64,000 nucleotides of DNA from Chlorokybus atmophyticus (lineage: Eukaryota; Plantae; Mesostigma and Chlorokybus algae), in contig RHPI01000585.1 of NCBI GenBank assembly GCA_009103225.1, positions 248,001 to 312,000 on the forward strand, read 5' to 3'. Position numbers and translations under genes: made by a program. The notes under the pieces were generated by a model. That model did not search any database. It saw nothing but the letters and a program-made list of their open reading frames with translations, and had not been told where the DNA came from. Every line of letters starts with the position of its first letter. Position 1 is the stretch's first letter. This document shows positions 1 through 11,995 of this stretch, in pieces.

Positions 1-41
1 CCACTTATCCTCCAACCATATGCAATCAATGTGTCGTGCAG

Positions 42-298
42 CCCACAATTCCGGTGGCCCGCGGGCAGACATTGTGTTGCCCGAGGAAGGGACATCGTGT
101 GCGACTGGCTTTCTCGCAGCCAGCGTGGAGGAGTTTTCGCACGCCATGCTTCGAGTGCTCACGATGAGCGAGTCGGAACTGGCAGCCATGGCGGCTGCCG
201 CGCGACGCAGCGTGGCGCGCTTCAGCGTCGAAAACTTCACGGCAAGCTTTCTAGAGTCGCTACATTCAGAGTTGCTTGATGTTGGCGGTGCTAATTGA
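42..298 (+). CDS. ALG11: Last coding exon of an ALG11-type alpha-1,2-mannosyltransferase (GT4); the gene starts upstream of the window
   Basis: Acceptor gtcgtgcag| at 41, then HNSGGPRADIV...TGFLAASVEEFSHAMLRVL...AARRSVARFSVENF to TAA at 298. This matches the ALG11 C-terminal HNSGGP-x-x-DIV motif. Confidence 0.85.
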
Positions 299-1330
299 CA
301 CTTTCAAGCATGTGGTGTGGAGACACAATAAGAGGCACGTCAACGCTTTGCACCAACGACATGCACATAATGTCGGAAGCAGCATTGCAATATTGCAGTG
401 GTGCGAGTCTGCTATTCCTTCACTATTGAATACCACAATTCATACACCGTGCAATGCATGTACCTAAAACTTGGTGCATGAGTCTAACCCACATAGAATT
501 CAGTTGCTATGCATGCACAACTATGATAAGAAAACCAAGGGAAGGCACATGAGCAAGGTTGCCAAGGGATTGAGATGATGGTTGTGGACGAGTGGTAGGT
601 GAGGGTTGAACAACGACAGCAATACTAGCAATGGTAACAGAGCTGAGCTGGGCCCCACACATTACACATTAAGTTTACAAAAGCAACAGTGTGGAAGGCA
701 GCGCCTCACCTACATACATGCGCCACAGATGTGCTATGATTTGAGTAAAATCCTACGCACTACTGTGTAATGTAAGTGTTGATGCAACTTAAAACTGCAT
801 TGCATATCCAAACCTATCACTAGTCAATTGCAGAACAAACGGTGCAAGGGGTGACGGCAATGGTTACATTACATAACGTAGTGTAAAGGGGCCACAGGCA
901 GATTACACAGCAGACTTGACCAGACCAGTGCGAGTTTTAAAAAGCCCGAGAAGTTGTTTGGCTGCTGTTGTCACACAACCGACAACAGCAGCCAAACTCA
1001 ATCAAGCTAAAGAGGCTGGTTCTTATGTGCAAGGCGTGGAGAGGCAGCAAGTGGCCGGCTGGTACAGTAGCTCTATAAAACTACCTGCAGAAGAGCGCAT
1101 TATATCCGTAAACTTACGTAACCGTATCACCCCGTAATGTAATGAGGAGCAAGTTGTATTCATCACAACTCATTAACTTGTTGAGTTGTGATGAATACAA
1201 CTCGTATCACCAACCACGGTGTGGCACCACAAGCGTGGTCTAGCAGCACCACGCTAGAGAAAAAGATTGTCCACCATCCGGCTGCAGATACCCACACGCA
1301 CATAGATGTGCCTATGACCAACTCTCCCCC

Positions 1331-2177
1331 NNNNNNNNNNNNNNNNNNNNNNNNNNNNNNNNNNNNNNNNNNNNNNNNNNNNNNNNNNNNNNNNNNNNNN
1401 NNNNNNNNNNNNNNNNNNNNNNNNNNNNNNNNNNNNNNNNNNNNNNNNNNNNNNNNNNNNNNNNNNNNNNNNNNNNNNNNNNNNNNNNNNNNNNNNNNNN
1501 NNNNNNNNNNNNNNNNNNNNNNNNNNNNNNNNNNNNNNNNNNNNNNNNNNNNNNNNNNNNNNNNNNNNNNNNNNNNNNNNNNNNNNNNNNNNNNNNNNNN
1601 NNNNNNNNNNNNNNNNNNNNNNNNNNNNNNNNNNNNNNNNNNNNNNNNNNNNNNNNNNNNNNNNNNNNNNNNNNNNNNNNNNNNNNNNNNNNNNNNNNNN
1701 NNNNNNNNNNNNNNNNNNNNNNNNNNNNNNNNNNNNNNNNNNNNNNNNNNNNNNNNNNNNNNNNNNNNNNNNNNNNNNNNNNNNNNNNNNNNNNNNNNNN
1801 NNNNNNNNNNNNNNNNNNNNNNNNNNNNNNNNNNNNNNNNNNNNNNNNNNNNNNNNNNNNNNNNNNNNNNNNNNNNNNNNNNNNNNNNNNNNNNNNNNNN
1901 NNNNNNNNNNNNNNNNNNNNNNNNNNNNNNNNNNNNNNNNNNNNNNNNNNNNNNNNNNNNNNNNNNNNNNNNNNNNNNNNNNNNNNNNNNNNNNNNNNNN
2001 NNNNNNNNNNNNNNNNNNNNNNNNNNNNNNNNNNNNNNNNNNNNNNNNNNNNNNNNNNNNNNNNNNNNNNNNNNNNNNNNNNNNNNNNNNNNNNNNNNNN
2101 NNNNNNNNNNNNNNNNNNNNNNNNNNNNNNNNNNNNNNNNNNNNNNNNNNNNNNNNNNNNNNNNNNNNNNNNNNNNN
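1331..2177. other. Assembly gap (N run) flanked by poly-C
   Basis: 847 Ns, with C runs on both sides. Confidence 0.99.
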
Positions 2178-4142
2178 CCCCCCCCCCTACCTCTCCCCAT
2201 TATCACGAGGCCCCTTAAAAGAAAAGGGGGGGGGGGTTGGGTTGTATACGGGGTATGGCAGTGCACTCCTCCGTGGTGAACCGTTGTAATCAGTCCAATC
2301 AATGAATGCGCACAGGCTATGAGAATCAACTGAGGCCACTCGCTTGTTGAGGTCCCGCTGACGCATACCAAGTATTGACATAAGCACCACACCAACTTAA
2401 CAAAGGAAGTCGCAAAATGTTCTTACAACAACATATATACAACCCATGAACTGCTATTGATGTCATTGTGATGACCCTCGGCACGCACTTCTCCCTCGCA
2501 CCCCTTGTGCGCTCTCACCAGCGTTAGGAATGGTTAAACTAGTTTCACAATTGTCGGACAGCGTGACAGGACCCATTGACACTTGTTACGGAGTCAGCTA
2601 ATGAGATGCGAGAGTAGTGGCGGCGGCCGACGTCGACAGCTTCCTTAAGCAAACCCTGGGGAATGAGTCGGTAGTAAGTTGCAAGTAAGCAGATTGGCAC
2701 GGAAGCGGCGGCATTCCTTTCAGGACTTCCAAAAGTCACCATCAGACTAGGCAAATCGCGTGCATGCACGCTGCCTTATGCACGAGCTGAACTTGTAAAG
2801 GCTGTTGCCCAAATTCCTTTGCTATATCCCAATTTCCCTGCTAATGCCTTGCCCTTGTTGCTTTGTCTTTCTCTTGCAATATTGTGTTAACCTCCTGGCG
2901 TAGCCATCGCCCCATTGCTTGCGAACTGCATCAATCCTCCCCTGCCTACACGGTACTTACGATGCTTTGCTGGCCTTGCACAACCACAATCACGGTTGTA
3001 GGCATTTAGTAGTTTGCTGTTGGGTGAGTGCTTGCATCACGTAAACTCGCTTTACTACTACTTAGCAAATTCATATCACACACGAACACACTTGCTTGAC
3101 TATCTGTTTGTCCACATGCATTCTTGATTAAGGAGCTTATTTAGTGATCACAGCTTCATATCAAGCTTAGGGGGACTACACAGTTTGTTTTTCCCTTGTT
3201 ACTCCCTCTTTCTGAACCTACTAACCCATCACCACTAGTAACGCAGCCCTCGAGCTCCTTCACTTATCACGTCTCAAGCTGCGCGGCTTGCTCTGCACAC
3301 TCATACACCACACTGTATGTGTTCCCCTTACGAAACATACCTCGCAGACAAGGCTTACCTGCACGACAGTTAGGCGTTACATCGATGTACCACTATCCCT
3401 CATATTTTACAGTTTGCTTTATATGCCTAATGGTATTGCAGTAGATACATCTTAAAATCGTGTCATACATTAATAATGCATAGCAATCGTGTCAGGTGAT
3501 CGAAAGCTATGCATTATTAATGTATCATATATTACACTATAACCTGGAATATAAAAAATCACTTATTGTCATTGCGTATAAATGCTTGTAACCAAAATCA
3601 AGTGGCTGCTAAAATAAACTCCGGCAGGTTTTGAGATAGCCCAATCATAGCGAGCGCACAAAATTGGAAAATGTTACAATTGTACAAAGTTGCATAAAAT
3701 TACAATAGTTTGTGCAATTGATGCGCTATTTGCTTCGCTAAGCTATTCGCTTGACTTAACAAATAATGTTGCTTGACACCTTAAATTGCTTAAAACATTA
3801 CAACATTTCACATGCAGACGTAATAGTATAAATAATAATACTCAATATTTATAATGGATGCCTCATCACCATGCCTATCAAATGAGACTCTGGTGGATGG
3901 TGACATCGAGTTATTGATGTTCTTATCTATGAGCGATGGTGCTGACATCAAGGCATTGTTGTTGCTATTTGAATTACCACTATGCATGGCTGTGCCCCAC
4001 ACCCCAAGTAATTCAACGGTTTACTTGGGGTGTGGGGCTCAGCCATGGTGTGGCACCCAACAACTGCAACTTCCTGTTGGGTGCCGCGTGCCATTGCTAC
4101 AATCAGAATTAATCGAATGACTGATGACATTACATGTGTACG

Positions 4143-4170
4143 CGTGCGTGCGTGCGTGCGTGCGTGCGTG
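4143..4170. repeat. (CGTG)7 microsatellite
   Basis: Seen directly. Confidence 0.95.
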
Positions 4171-5059
4171 CCGACTGTGATGCTGGCTCACACACAGGAT
4201 GCGCACTGCGAGACTCGCGGGAAAAGCGCGCCCAGGCACCGCGCATGGCGGGTCGTATTTCTCGAAGAACAGACCGAGGTGGTACTTCCCGGTCAAGGAC
4301 CGCACCACTGACCGCGTACTAGCGAAATCGGTCCAGTTATGCCGGACGCACCTGGGGCCAGACTCTGCTGCTTCCGATATACCACTCTCGCCGCTGTTAA
4401 GTAACGGCCCCTAACCGGGAACGGAGCCGTTGTTTTCGTCCAGTTGTCCGAAGGGAAAGATTTGAGTCCCCATTAACTTTCGTTGACTGCTACTCTGTGC
4501 CACTGTGCGAGATTTCGCCAGCACTGCCACTACTCTTTGCCATCCTGCTACTTGTGGTCGTCAGCGTCGGCGGCGGCGTGGTTTGCGGGGTTGGTTCCGG
4601 GCGGCGAAGAACCCTCTCACCGCCATCGTGCAGGTGGCCGTCCGTCCCGTGGTCGTTTGTCTCGTGCTTGTCTATTGCTCACACGTCTGTGCCAGTCCAG
4701 CTGATGCTTGCTTGCCTCGGTTGCAACGCCTGGCCGTAGCGTGCTGCTTTGCGTTCACCTGGGAAGCTCCAAGTGTTCGTGTTGTCGCATTAGCATGCTT
4801 GCCGCGTGGACGGCTTTGCACACGACAGCCTTGCCTTGGACAGTGGTGGAAGCCGCAATCGCTGTTGAGTAACTCAGTGACGTTGCGACAGCTTACGTAT
4901 GACTGACTGCCTTGGGGTTGTGAGGTCTGTGCGTGTCCTTGCGTGACTTACACAAGGACACGTGTGTTGTGGCAGTCAGGCACGCTCGCCTCTGAAAGCT
5001 CTTGTCCTCAGGTACCTTGTCGTTGAGGACAGAACAGCGGTTAAGTGCCAGCAAGCAAG

Positions 5060-6274
5060 ATGGTGGCCGTCGAAGCTGCGAAGACGCCTCGCTTCATCCT
5101 GCTCATCCTCGAATGGGTACGCACCGCTCGACTCGCTTCGTTGTATGCTGAAGTCGTCACTTTCAACACACTGTGCGCCAGTGCACTCACCTTGTTGCAG
5201 CACTACAGACAGTGTTCATGCCGGCTTGCAAGCCCAGCTGCTCCACAGTTCATAGTGTTATCTTTATCTGGCTTATGCTTCTCTTGCCTCTTGGTTGTTT
5301 GATATTCTAACAATCATGGGAAGCATGTCTCACACGATAACGCTGCATGACACAGCGTCACACAGTGAGCTGATTGCACAAAATGCATGCGCAGGTATTT
5401 GCACTGATTTCCTTTGCCGTCATGGGCCACTACCTTTTTGACGACCGGCGCAGCAGTTTTGCGTACCTGACCGCAATATGTAAGTTCCTTCACATGCATG
5501 ATGATTACATGTGCACACGTTAGCCAGCATCGTGCTAAATGCCATAGGTGCGTTAACAGTTCAGGTTGCAAGCGCTTTGGCAATTTGTGCTTCAGCGTAC
5601 CTTCTGGAGTAATTGTTCGCATGCTAGCATTGACATAAGGTCTCAAGCACAAAGCAACAAGGATGCGCTTGTTTGTGTGCTGACTGTGTTTGTGCGGCAG
5701 GTGTGATCGTGTGGTTGTTTGTCATGGTCTACATGGTCATCCTGTGTTGCGGACGCGCCCTGCCACCTCTCATTGTAAGAAAATAGTGTCATCATTGCCA
5801 TTGCTCCATCCGCACTGAATGCCTGTTCAACCAACGCTAACACTGTCTTGGGTAATGTTGCACAGGAAGCAGCCATCTTCTTGCTGCTGGCCATTCTGGT
5901 GTTCATTGCGTTCCTAGTAGTTGCCGTCAAGTGCAACAAGTCTGAGACGTTTGTTATCGGCACCACAACCATCTCACGAAAGGTTTGCGAGGGGGAGTCC
6001 CAACCCAAGGCAGCTGCGGTACGTGTGTGCAAACACTTGCAGCCTGAGCGTGAGGCACACTTGTACACAGCGGATACTTGTCTTGCTGCCCATTATCATG
6101 TCAGATGCGCAGCATGCAGCCGCTCACAAGTTCGACGGTTGTTTGTGCCTGCAGGCTTTTGCCTTCTTTACAGGCCTTCTGCTGTCCGCCTCCTCTGTGC
6201 TGGCATGCATTGCATTCCGCAGGCCAAACGCCCCTCCCCTGTCCTCTTTCCAGAACCCCACCTCCAGCGTATAA
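5060..6274 (+). CDS. MARVEL-domain (CASP-like/synaptophysin-like fold) 4-TM membrane protein, 5 exons
   Basis: Exons 5060-5116, 5395-5479, 5701-5774, 5866-6018 and 6155-6274 have GT-AG introns with consistent phases. Product MVAVEAAKTPRFILLILEWVFALISFAVMGHYLFDDRRSSFAYLTAICVIVWLFVMVYMVILCCGRALPPLIEAAIFLLLAILVFIAFLVVAVKCNK...VCEGESQPKAAAAFAFFTGLLLSASSVLACIAF... has four hydrophobic helices, a Cys pair in loop 2 and an AAAAFAFF helix-4 signature. Confidence 0.8.
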
Positions 6275-7733
6275 ACAGCTCCCAACCGCTGGGTATGGTA
6301 CGCGCACCGCCAGCTGCACCGTAAAACCGCTTGTTCTGCATGAGACAGGTGTATGCCCTTGTATTTTTTTGGTCATTTACTAGCAGTATAGACGTAGGTG
6401 GTCAGTTGGACATGCGCTCCTACATGTGGCCCTCCCATCAGCAGCAGACGTGCTGATCGCATTGCTGTAACAGAGTGGCCGCCCGTCCTGGATTTATATT
6501 ACCGTCACACAGTTAGCGTGCATGTCATCTGTTGCATGTGTTACAGTTGGACTTTGAAGCAGGTTATGTGCTCGGCCCTTGCCCAGAGTGACGGTGTAAT
6601 AGATACATTGCGATCGCTCTGTAAGATGAGGCTTGTCAGCATGCTTGCTGAGTTGTCGTATGATGTAGCAGCTGACAGGTAGCAGGCGCACCAACCACTT
6701 GCAGTATTTATACCTACACATAGCCTTCAAGCCTGTTCTGAGCCCTGCCCTTGGAGCGCTGTGTGCATGCGTGTGTACAGCACATGTGAAGCTGCTGTTT
6801 CGCACGCACATAGAAACGCAAGATGTGCACAATGTGTTAGCGAGCATGCTATTGCTCTCTTGCCAGGCTGCAAAGATGCAGTCGTTCTTCGTGTTGGAGG
6901 TGTATTTGCGCTGGTGATGGTGTTGATGGCAGTAGCTGCTCATCTTCTCTTTCCATGACGCGAAATGTTGCCGGTGCTGCTGTAGTGCTGCTAGTGTCGT
7001 CGTCTTGCTGCAACAGTAGTAGTGCAATAGTAGCAGCAGCAACAACACATATAAATCATAAGTATAGAACCATGCTATTGCTCATCACGGAACGCTGGTA
7101 ACTCTCTTGCCGGCTTCACATAGTATATAGCTGCTTAATTTGCATCTACCCATCTTCAATTTTTCCCTAAGACGCCTTGTTGCACACCAAAGCTGCTCTG
7201 CATAAGGTTGACTAACGTATAGGAGCATTGCACATCCGCAAATGCCCCATGTAATTAGATTTCCTTCTGTTTATTGCGCGTATTTCGTTAAATACGATAA
7301 AGCACTGTTTGCATTTCGAGTTGCGATTGTCAGCAAAAGTGTACACTTGGAACAAAAAAGCTGAATGTCGCTAATATAAGCGCATATTGGATATCTTGCA
7401 CGTTTACTAATGCACAAATTAATGCGTTAACGCCTATCTTCTTAAAACCGCCGCGCCTTGATCTGTGCACAACCGGCATATGGCAGCATGTTGATGGTAT
7501 TGGCAAAAGTTGGAGAAAGTTTCACGAAATCAAGCTGGCCCAACTTTAAGTCCTCTGCACGCAAGTTTTTGCAGCAACTTAGTGAATGCCTTATTGAGAA
7601 AGCTGTGCATTGTACGGTCATGTAAGACGGGATGGATAATTGGTGTTATATCGATCGGCATACATGTGACGCTTGGCATTTTTGTTAGCAAGGATAACAA
7701 CCCGGAGGACGGGGGGGGAAGGGGGGGGGGGGG

Positions 7734-7802
7734 NNNNNNNNNNNNNNNNNNNNNNNNNNNNNNNNNNNNNNNNNNNNNNNNNNNNNNNNNNNNNNNNNNN
7801 NN
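7734..7802. other. Assembly gap (N run) following poly-G
   Basis: 69 Ns after a G run. Confidence 0.99.
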
Positions 7803-9414
7803 ATATTGATGTCGATCAAGAGGTCATGATGCAATAATGCAAATCATGTGGTAACATTGAAATCCATAGATATTGATATACAGTTGATAAGTTATTAATC
7901 GCAAAGTCCATCTTGTACCCTTATCCTCGTCAGCCATTGTGAGCAGATCACGATACTGCTCCTCTCTAAATCTTCTTGTTGCGTAGCTAGCATTATGCAA
8001 ATCATTGATAGACATGTTTTTAAGAGGAGAATTATCATCAACATGATTTGTGTCATTGGCCCAGAATGGAAGCGTAAAAGCTGATACATAGATGTTACAT
8101 GTGTAATGCATGCTTAATGCTCCACTCAAAATAAGCATTGATGTATTGAAAATAGCACGAGACGGAAAGCTATGTGACACTCACAGCCTGTCAGATGTTT
8201 CGTGAGCGTGCATTTTGTTTATTAACGAACTAATCATCAATCATAGACGCATGTACCATAAACTAAAGACAAGTGACGTACATCGTTTACATACGCATGA
8301 ACTCGACGTTGCAAGAACTACATTACAACAGTAAGACATGTCCGGATACACGGCAAGGTACTCATATCGAGCAATTTTTGCATATGCTGATATCATTTTA
8401 TAAGTTGCCACTGAAAGAGAAATTTATTTCTTTCTTCAAAGCCGCACGCAAATGTAACCAAAAAGGTAGTTTTAACCGTTTGTACTACCTAAGTTACCAT
8501 CCATGTGTACTTTCTGTTGTTGAATTTACAACACCCAACAAAACCGTTGATTTGTGTAATTGCGTATGTGCATCAACTGTTTTTTACCTTTATATAAAGG
8601 CAACATGCGCTAACACACTTATGGAAAAAAAAAGACAAAGTATGATCAATAACCGGTTATACTATTTGACAGGATAACGACAGAATGCTGCAATATTTCC
8701 ATGTCCTAAACATTTGATACTTCTTCAGCTGTTTCAAAGTTTGCAAAGGCATTGCCTTCTGAGAACTAGTCGCAAAACAAATGTTTGTTGTAAGGCCGCG
8801 CTTGATAAGACACCATATAATCGTTACGCCTCTTCTCAGCGTAGCCCCTTTTCCTTACGATGACCGAGATGGTTGTTACATATGCTCAACGAATGTGATC
8901 AGTATATCAGCAATTCATAGTGCTTTTTAATCAAGTTACCAACCAGAGGATGTTTTCGCACATAGCAATGGTAATAGTTCAAGAAGCTCGTGCAGTATTG
9001 CCATTGCTACCTGCCTTAAACAAGTTGTAAAAAGCATCCGCGTGTTATGATTCGCTTCGACTTGCAAGTTGTACATGTAAGATGTCGCCATGTGTACATG
9101 ACACATTCGAACTCTGGTTGAATCAGCCTTATGGCCAGGCCAAGAGCTCTTAACCTAGCTTGAAGCTTGAAGTCATCATGTGCATCAGGTGTAAATTGTG
9201 ATATATCATGCACAACCATGCGCATGTAGAATGCATAGCAAGGCAAATAGAGCAAGCACAACAAACAGAGGCATTGAATTTCACACCATCTACTCGCTAC
9301 CTTAATCTCACCCCCTGATTGCGTGGCTTTGCTCCCAATGCAACTTCACAGCCCCAGTACTGAGCGGAAGCGCTGTGCTTATTTAGCGTCGCAGCCGAGG
9401 CGGCGGCGGCCACG

Positions 9415-11549
9415 ATGGCAGCGGCGTCGCTAAGAACGTCGACGTCGACGCCAGACCTGACATGGCGCGAGGAGAGGAGGAGGAGGCAGACACTGCTGTG
9501 TGCTACTCCCCCATCGGTGGTGCGTGCGTACGAGTGTGGGTGTGCGTATGTGTGTACGATAGCTTCGGAGGTTAGTGCATCCATTGTTGCTTCGCACGCT
9601 GTTAAGTATGTCTGTCTGAGCACCACAGCACATGCATCAATACTGCTTAGCACACGTAGCAGCACACACAAGTATGCCTGCACCAGCGCAAACGCTGAGA
9701 ACACCGATATGTCGATATGTGCGTGTATGGAAAACTCCAGAGCGATACATGCTGCATGCATGCAATTGTGTGGCCGTTGAGCTACATCGCAGCAGCGGTG
9801 CCACTGCCCAATTGGTGACCAGCATACATATAAATATCATGCCAAGGGCATGTCCGAGAGCTGCATGCACACATCCGCTTCAGATCTGCACATGCAAACA
9901 CCTAGACTTGGCTTGCAGAAGAAACATATCGCTGCTTCTGCTTCCGCACGCACCTTCACAGTGCCCGCCTCCTCGCCCCTAACGCCGTCGTCTACGTCGA
10001 CACCACTGTCGTCATCAGCAACATCGTTTACGACTTCAATGACTCCCCCTGAATCCGACTCCACACCTTCGGCATCACCTTCGTCCAACACCGCATCCCC
10101 GTCAAGATGGTCCGAGCTTGACTTTGCCAGATTGCGTGCTGCTGGTCTGGTGAGTCGGTCAGCTTTGTCGGTCTCTCTTAACTGCCAATGCTGCGCGCGC
10201 CTGGTGGGCTGAGAGTGTGTGTGAATGCGCAGCCGGCGTACGACTTTCGGGGTGTGACCGTGAGCGAGGGCGATGCAGGGGAAGCCGTGAGCATGCTGCA
10301 GCAATTTCTCCTTGCTACAGGTAAGCAGGTGAGTGCACAGCGTGGGCGCCAGCAGCTCTGCACCTGTTTGGCAATATGGCGCTCACCGCGAGTGCGTCTG
10401 CGTGAACTCATGGGTGCGGGTGGTGTCCACCACAGGCCACTATCAGTCGGAGCATGGGATCACGGGCTACTTTGGGCCCGCCACACGCCAAGCGCTCGCG
10501 CATTGGCAGGTGCGTAAGTCCATGCACATGGACATCTGCGTGCTATGATGCAGCTAAACGCTGGAGCAGGCACTCACATGTATAAGTTGCCGCAGGCAGA
10601 GGTGGGGTTGCCGTCCGCGGGCATCTTTGGCAGGACATCTCGCGCTGCATACGAACGGTGGCTGGTAAGTGTACGGCAATATGCGCATGCTCATGGTTAC
10701 GCACAATGCAGCATTGTGCAACAGCGAATGCGTGCGGCTACAGGAATCCGAGTGGCGGAAGCAGGAACAAGCCACGATGGTTTCACACGAGGATCAACCA
10801 GATGCTGTGGTTGTCCCGCACTTGAGCACGAGCATGTCCGTCACACATGAGACGCATGTCAATGTGATGACTGCGCCCTCGCAACATCGTCAGGTGCGGC
10901 GGCATGCGTGTCGACGAGCAGTTGCTGCGAACTGTGCAACCACGCGCGCCACTGCTGCTTGATGATGCATGCAGGCTGCAGGGCCGTCATTTGCCCCATG
11001 GCCAGTGTGGATCTCCTTCGCATCCATGGTAGTGCTCGCCTGCGTGATGTTTCGATTCTGCTTTTCCAAGATCACCAAGCTGACCGTGAGTGGATACTTT
11101 TAGTCACGCGCACACATTGTACAATGGTGTTGCTTGCAACACCTGCTGTGACCACCAGTGGTGACGCCTGAACAGTTGCAGAGTCGCATAGACCGCGATC
11201 TGGCATTCACAAGCACCGCAGGCAAAAAGCGGTGAGCACAGCACATAGTGAGGTCCACTGTCGATACGTGCGTGCGTGCGTGCGCGTGTGTGTGTGAGTC
11301 AAGGCTGGCTGTATGGGCAGGAGAAAGCGGCTCAAAGACGCACTGTCACAAACTTTGCAGGTAATATGGCTGTGCTGTACAAGGAACTGCGCGTACATCT
11401 GCAATCAGTGCATATGTTCAAGAATAATTTGACCTGCAGGAAAGGGCGTCAGCTGCAATACTGGACCAGCATGCAGACAAATCAAAGCGCAAGCGAAGAC
11501 CGCCCAGCCGGAAAGAGGCACAGGAGAATGGATCAGATCAGACAGTTGA
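9415..11549 (+). CDS. Multi-exon protein with Ser/Thr-rich N-terminus, peptidoglycan-binding-like domain (PG_binding_1/PGBD) and C-terminal TM helix
   Basis: Phase-consistent exons 10233-10320, 10436-10509 and 10596-10664 give VSEGDAGEAVSMLQQFLLATGHYQSEHGITGYFGPATRQALAHWQAEVGLPSAGIFGRTSRAAY (L-x-x-G-x-x-G..V..LQ..L....Y....TG.FG..T..A...WQ...GL...G). A later exon gives WPVWISFASMVVLACVMFRFCF. The first and last exons are less certain. Confidence 0.75.
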
Positions 11550-11995
11550 CTGACGAGGCAACCGTCATGAGGAAATGCCATTGCGTGTGTGTTACACTGC
11601 AGCACAGCCTGCGTCAAATAGGGAAACTAAACCTGGCCACGAGCACGCACACAACAAATCACAGTTCAGGGTCGGTACAGGGCATGTGTGCAGCGCAAGG
11701 CTGGGTCACAGAGCAGAAAAATAGAACAGGAGTGTGCCTCTACTCAACACAGGCCCCTGTTAACAACCTACAAGGGTCCACGATGTGTGCGTGTTTGCGT
11801 GGGCCTGCCATGTGCTACTAACGAAACTACTTGATGTGCACTGTCAAATGGAGGATAGACGCAAACAAGTCAAGTATACACAGCAACTATGGTACATTGG
11901 ACGAAGGTGCGCCAGAGAGGAGCGCCTACACAGCAATGGCCATCGGAACCATTGATGTGCAAGGCACCTAGTTAGGTGCCAATGGTGCAATGCGA

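Noticed and set aside
1163-2395. Long ORFs of 410 and 363 aa
   Set aside because: Artefacts of reading through the N gap.
2545-2769. Minus-strand ORF with LLATYYRLIP, faintly like gypsy RT
   Set aside because: A single weak motif with no neighbouring RT motifs.
4198-4640. GC-rich possible exons upstream of the MARVEL gene
   Set aside because: No consistent frame or domain; could be UTR or promoter.
6494-7048. 184-aa ORF
   Set aside because: Low-complexity (CTG/CAG-like repeats), no domain.
7803-9300. AT-rich stretch with short ORFs, possible DNA-transposon remnant
   Set aside because: No transposase or helicase motif could be recognised.
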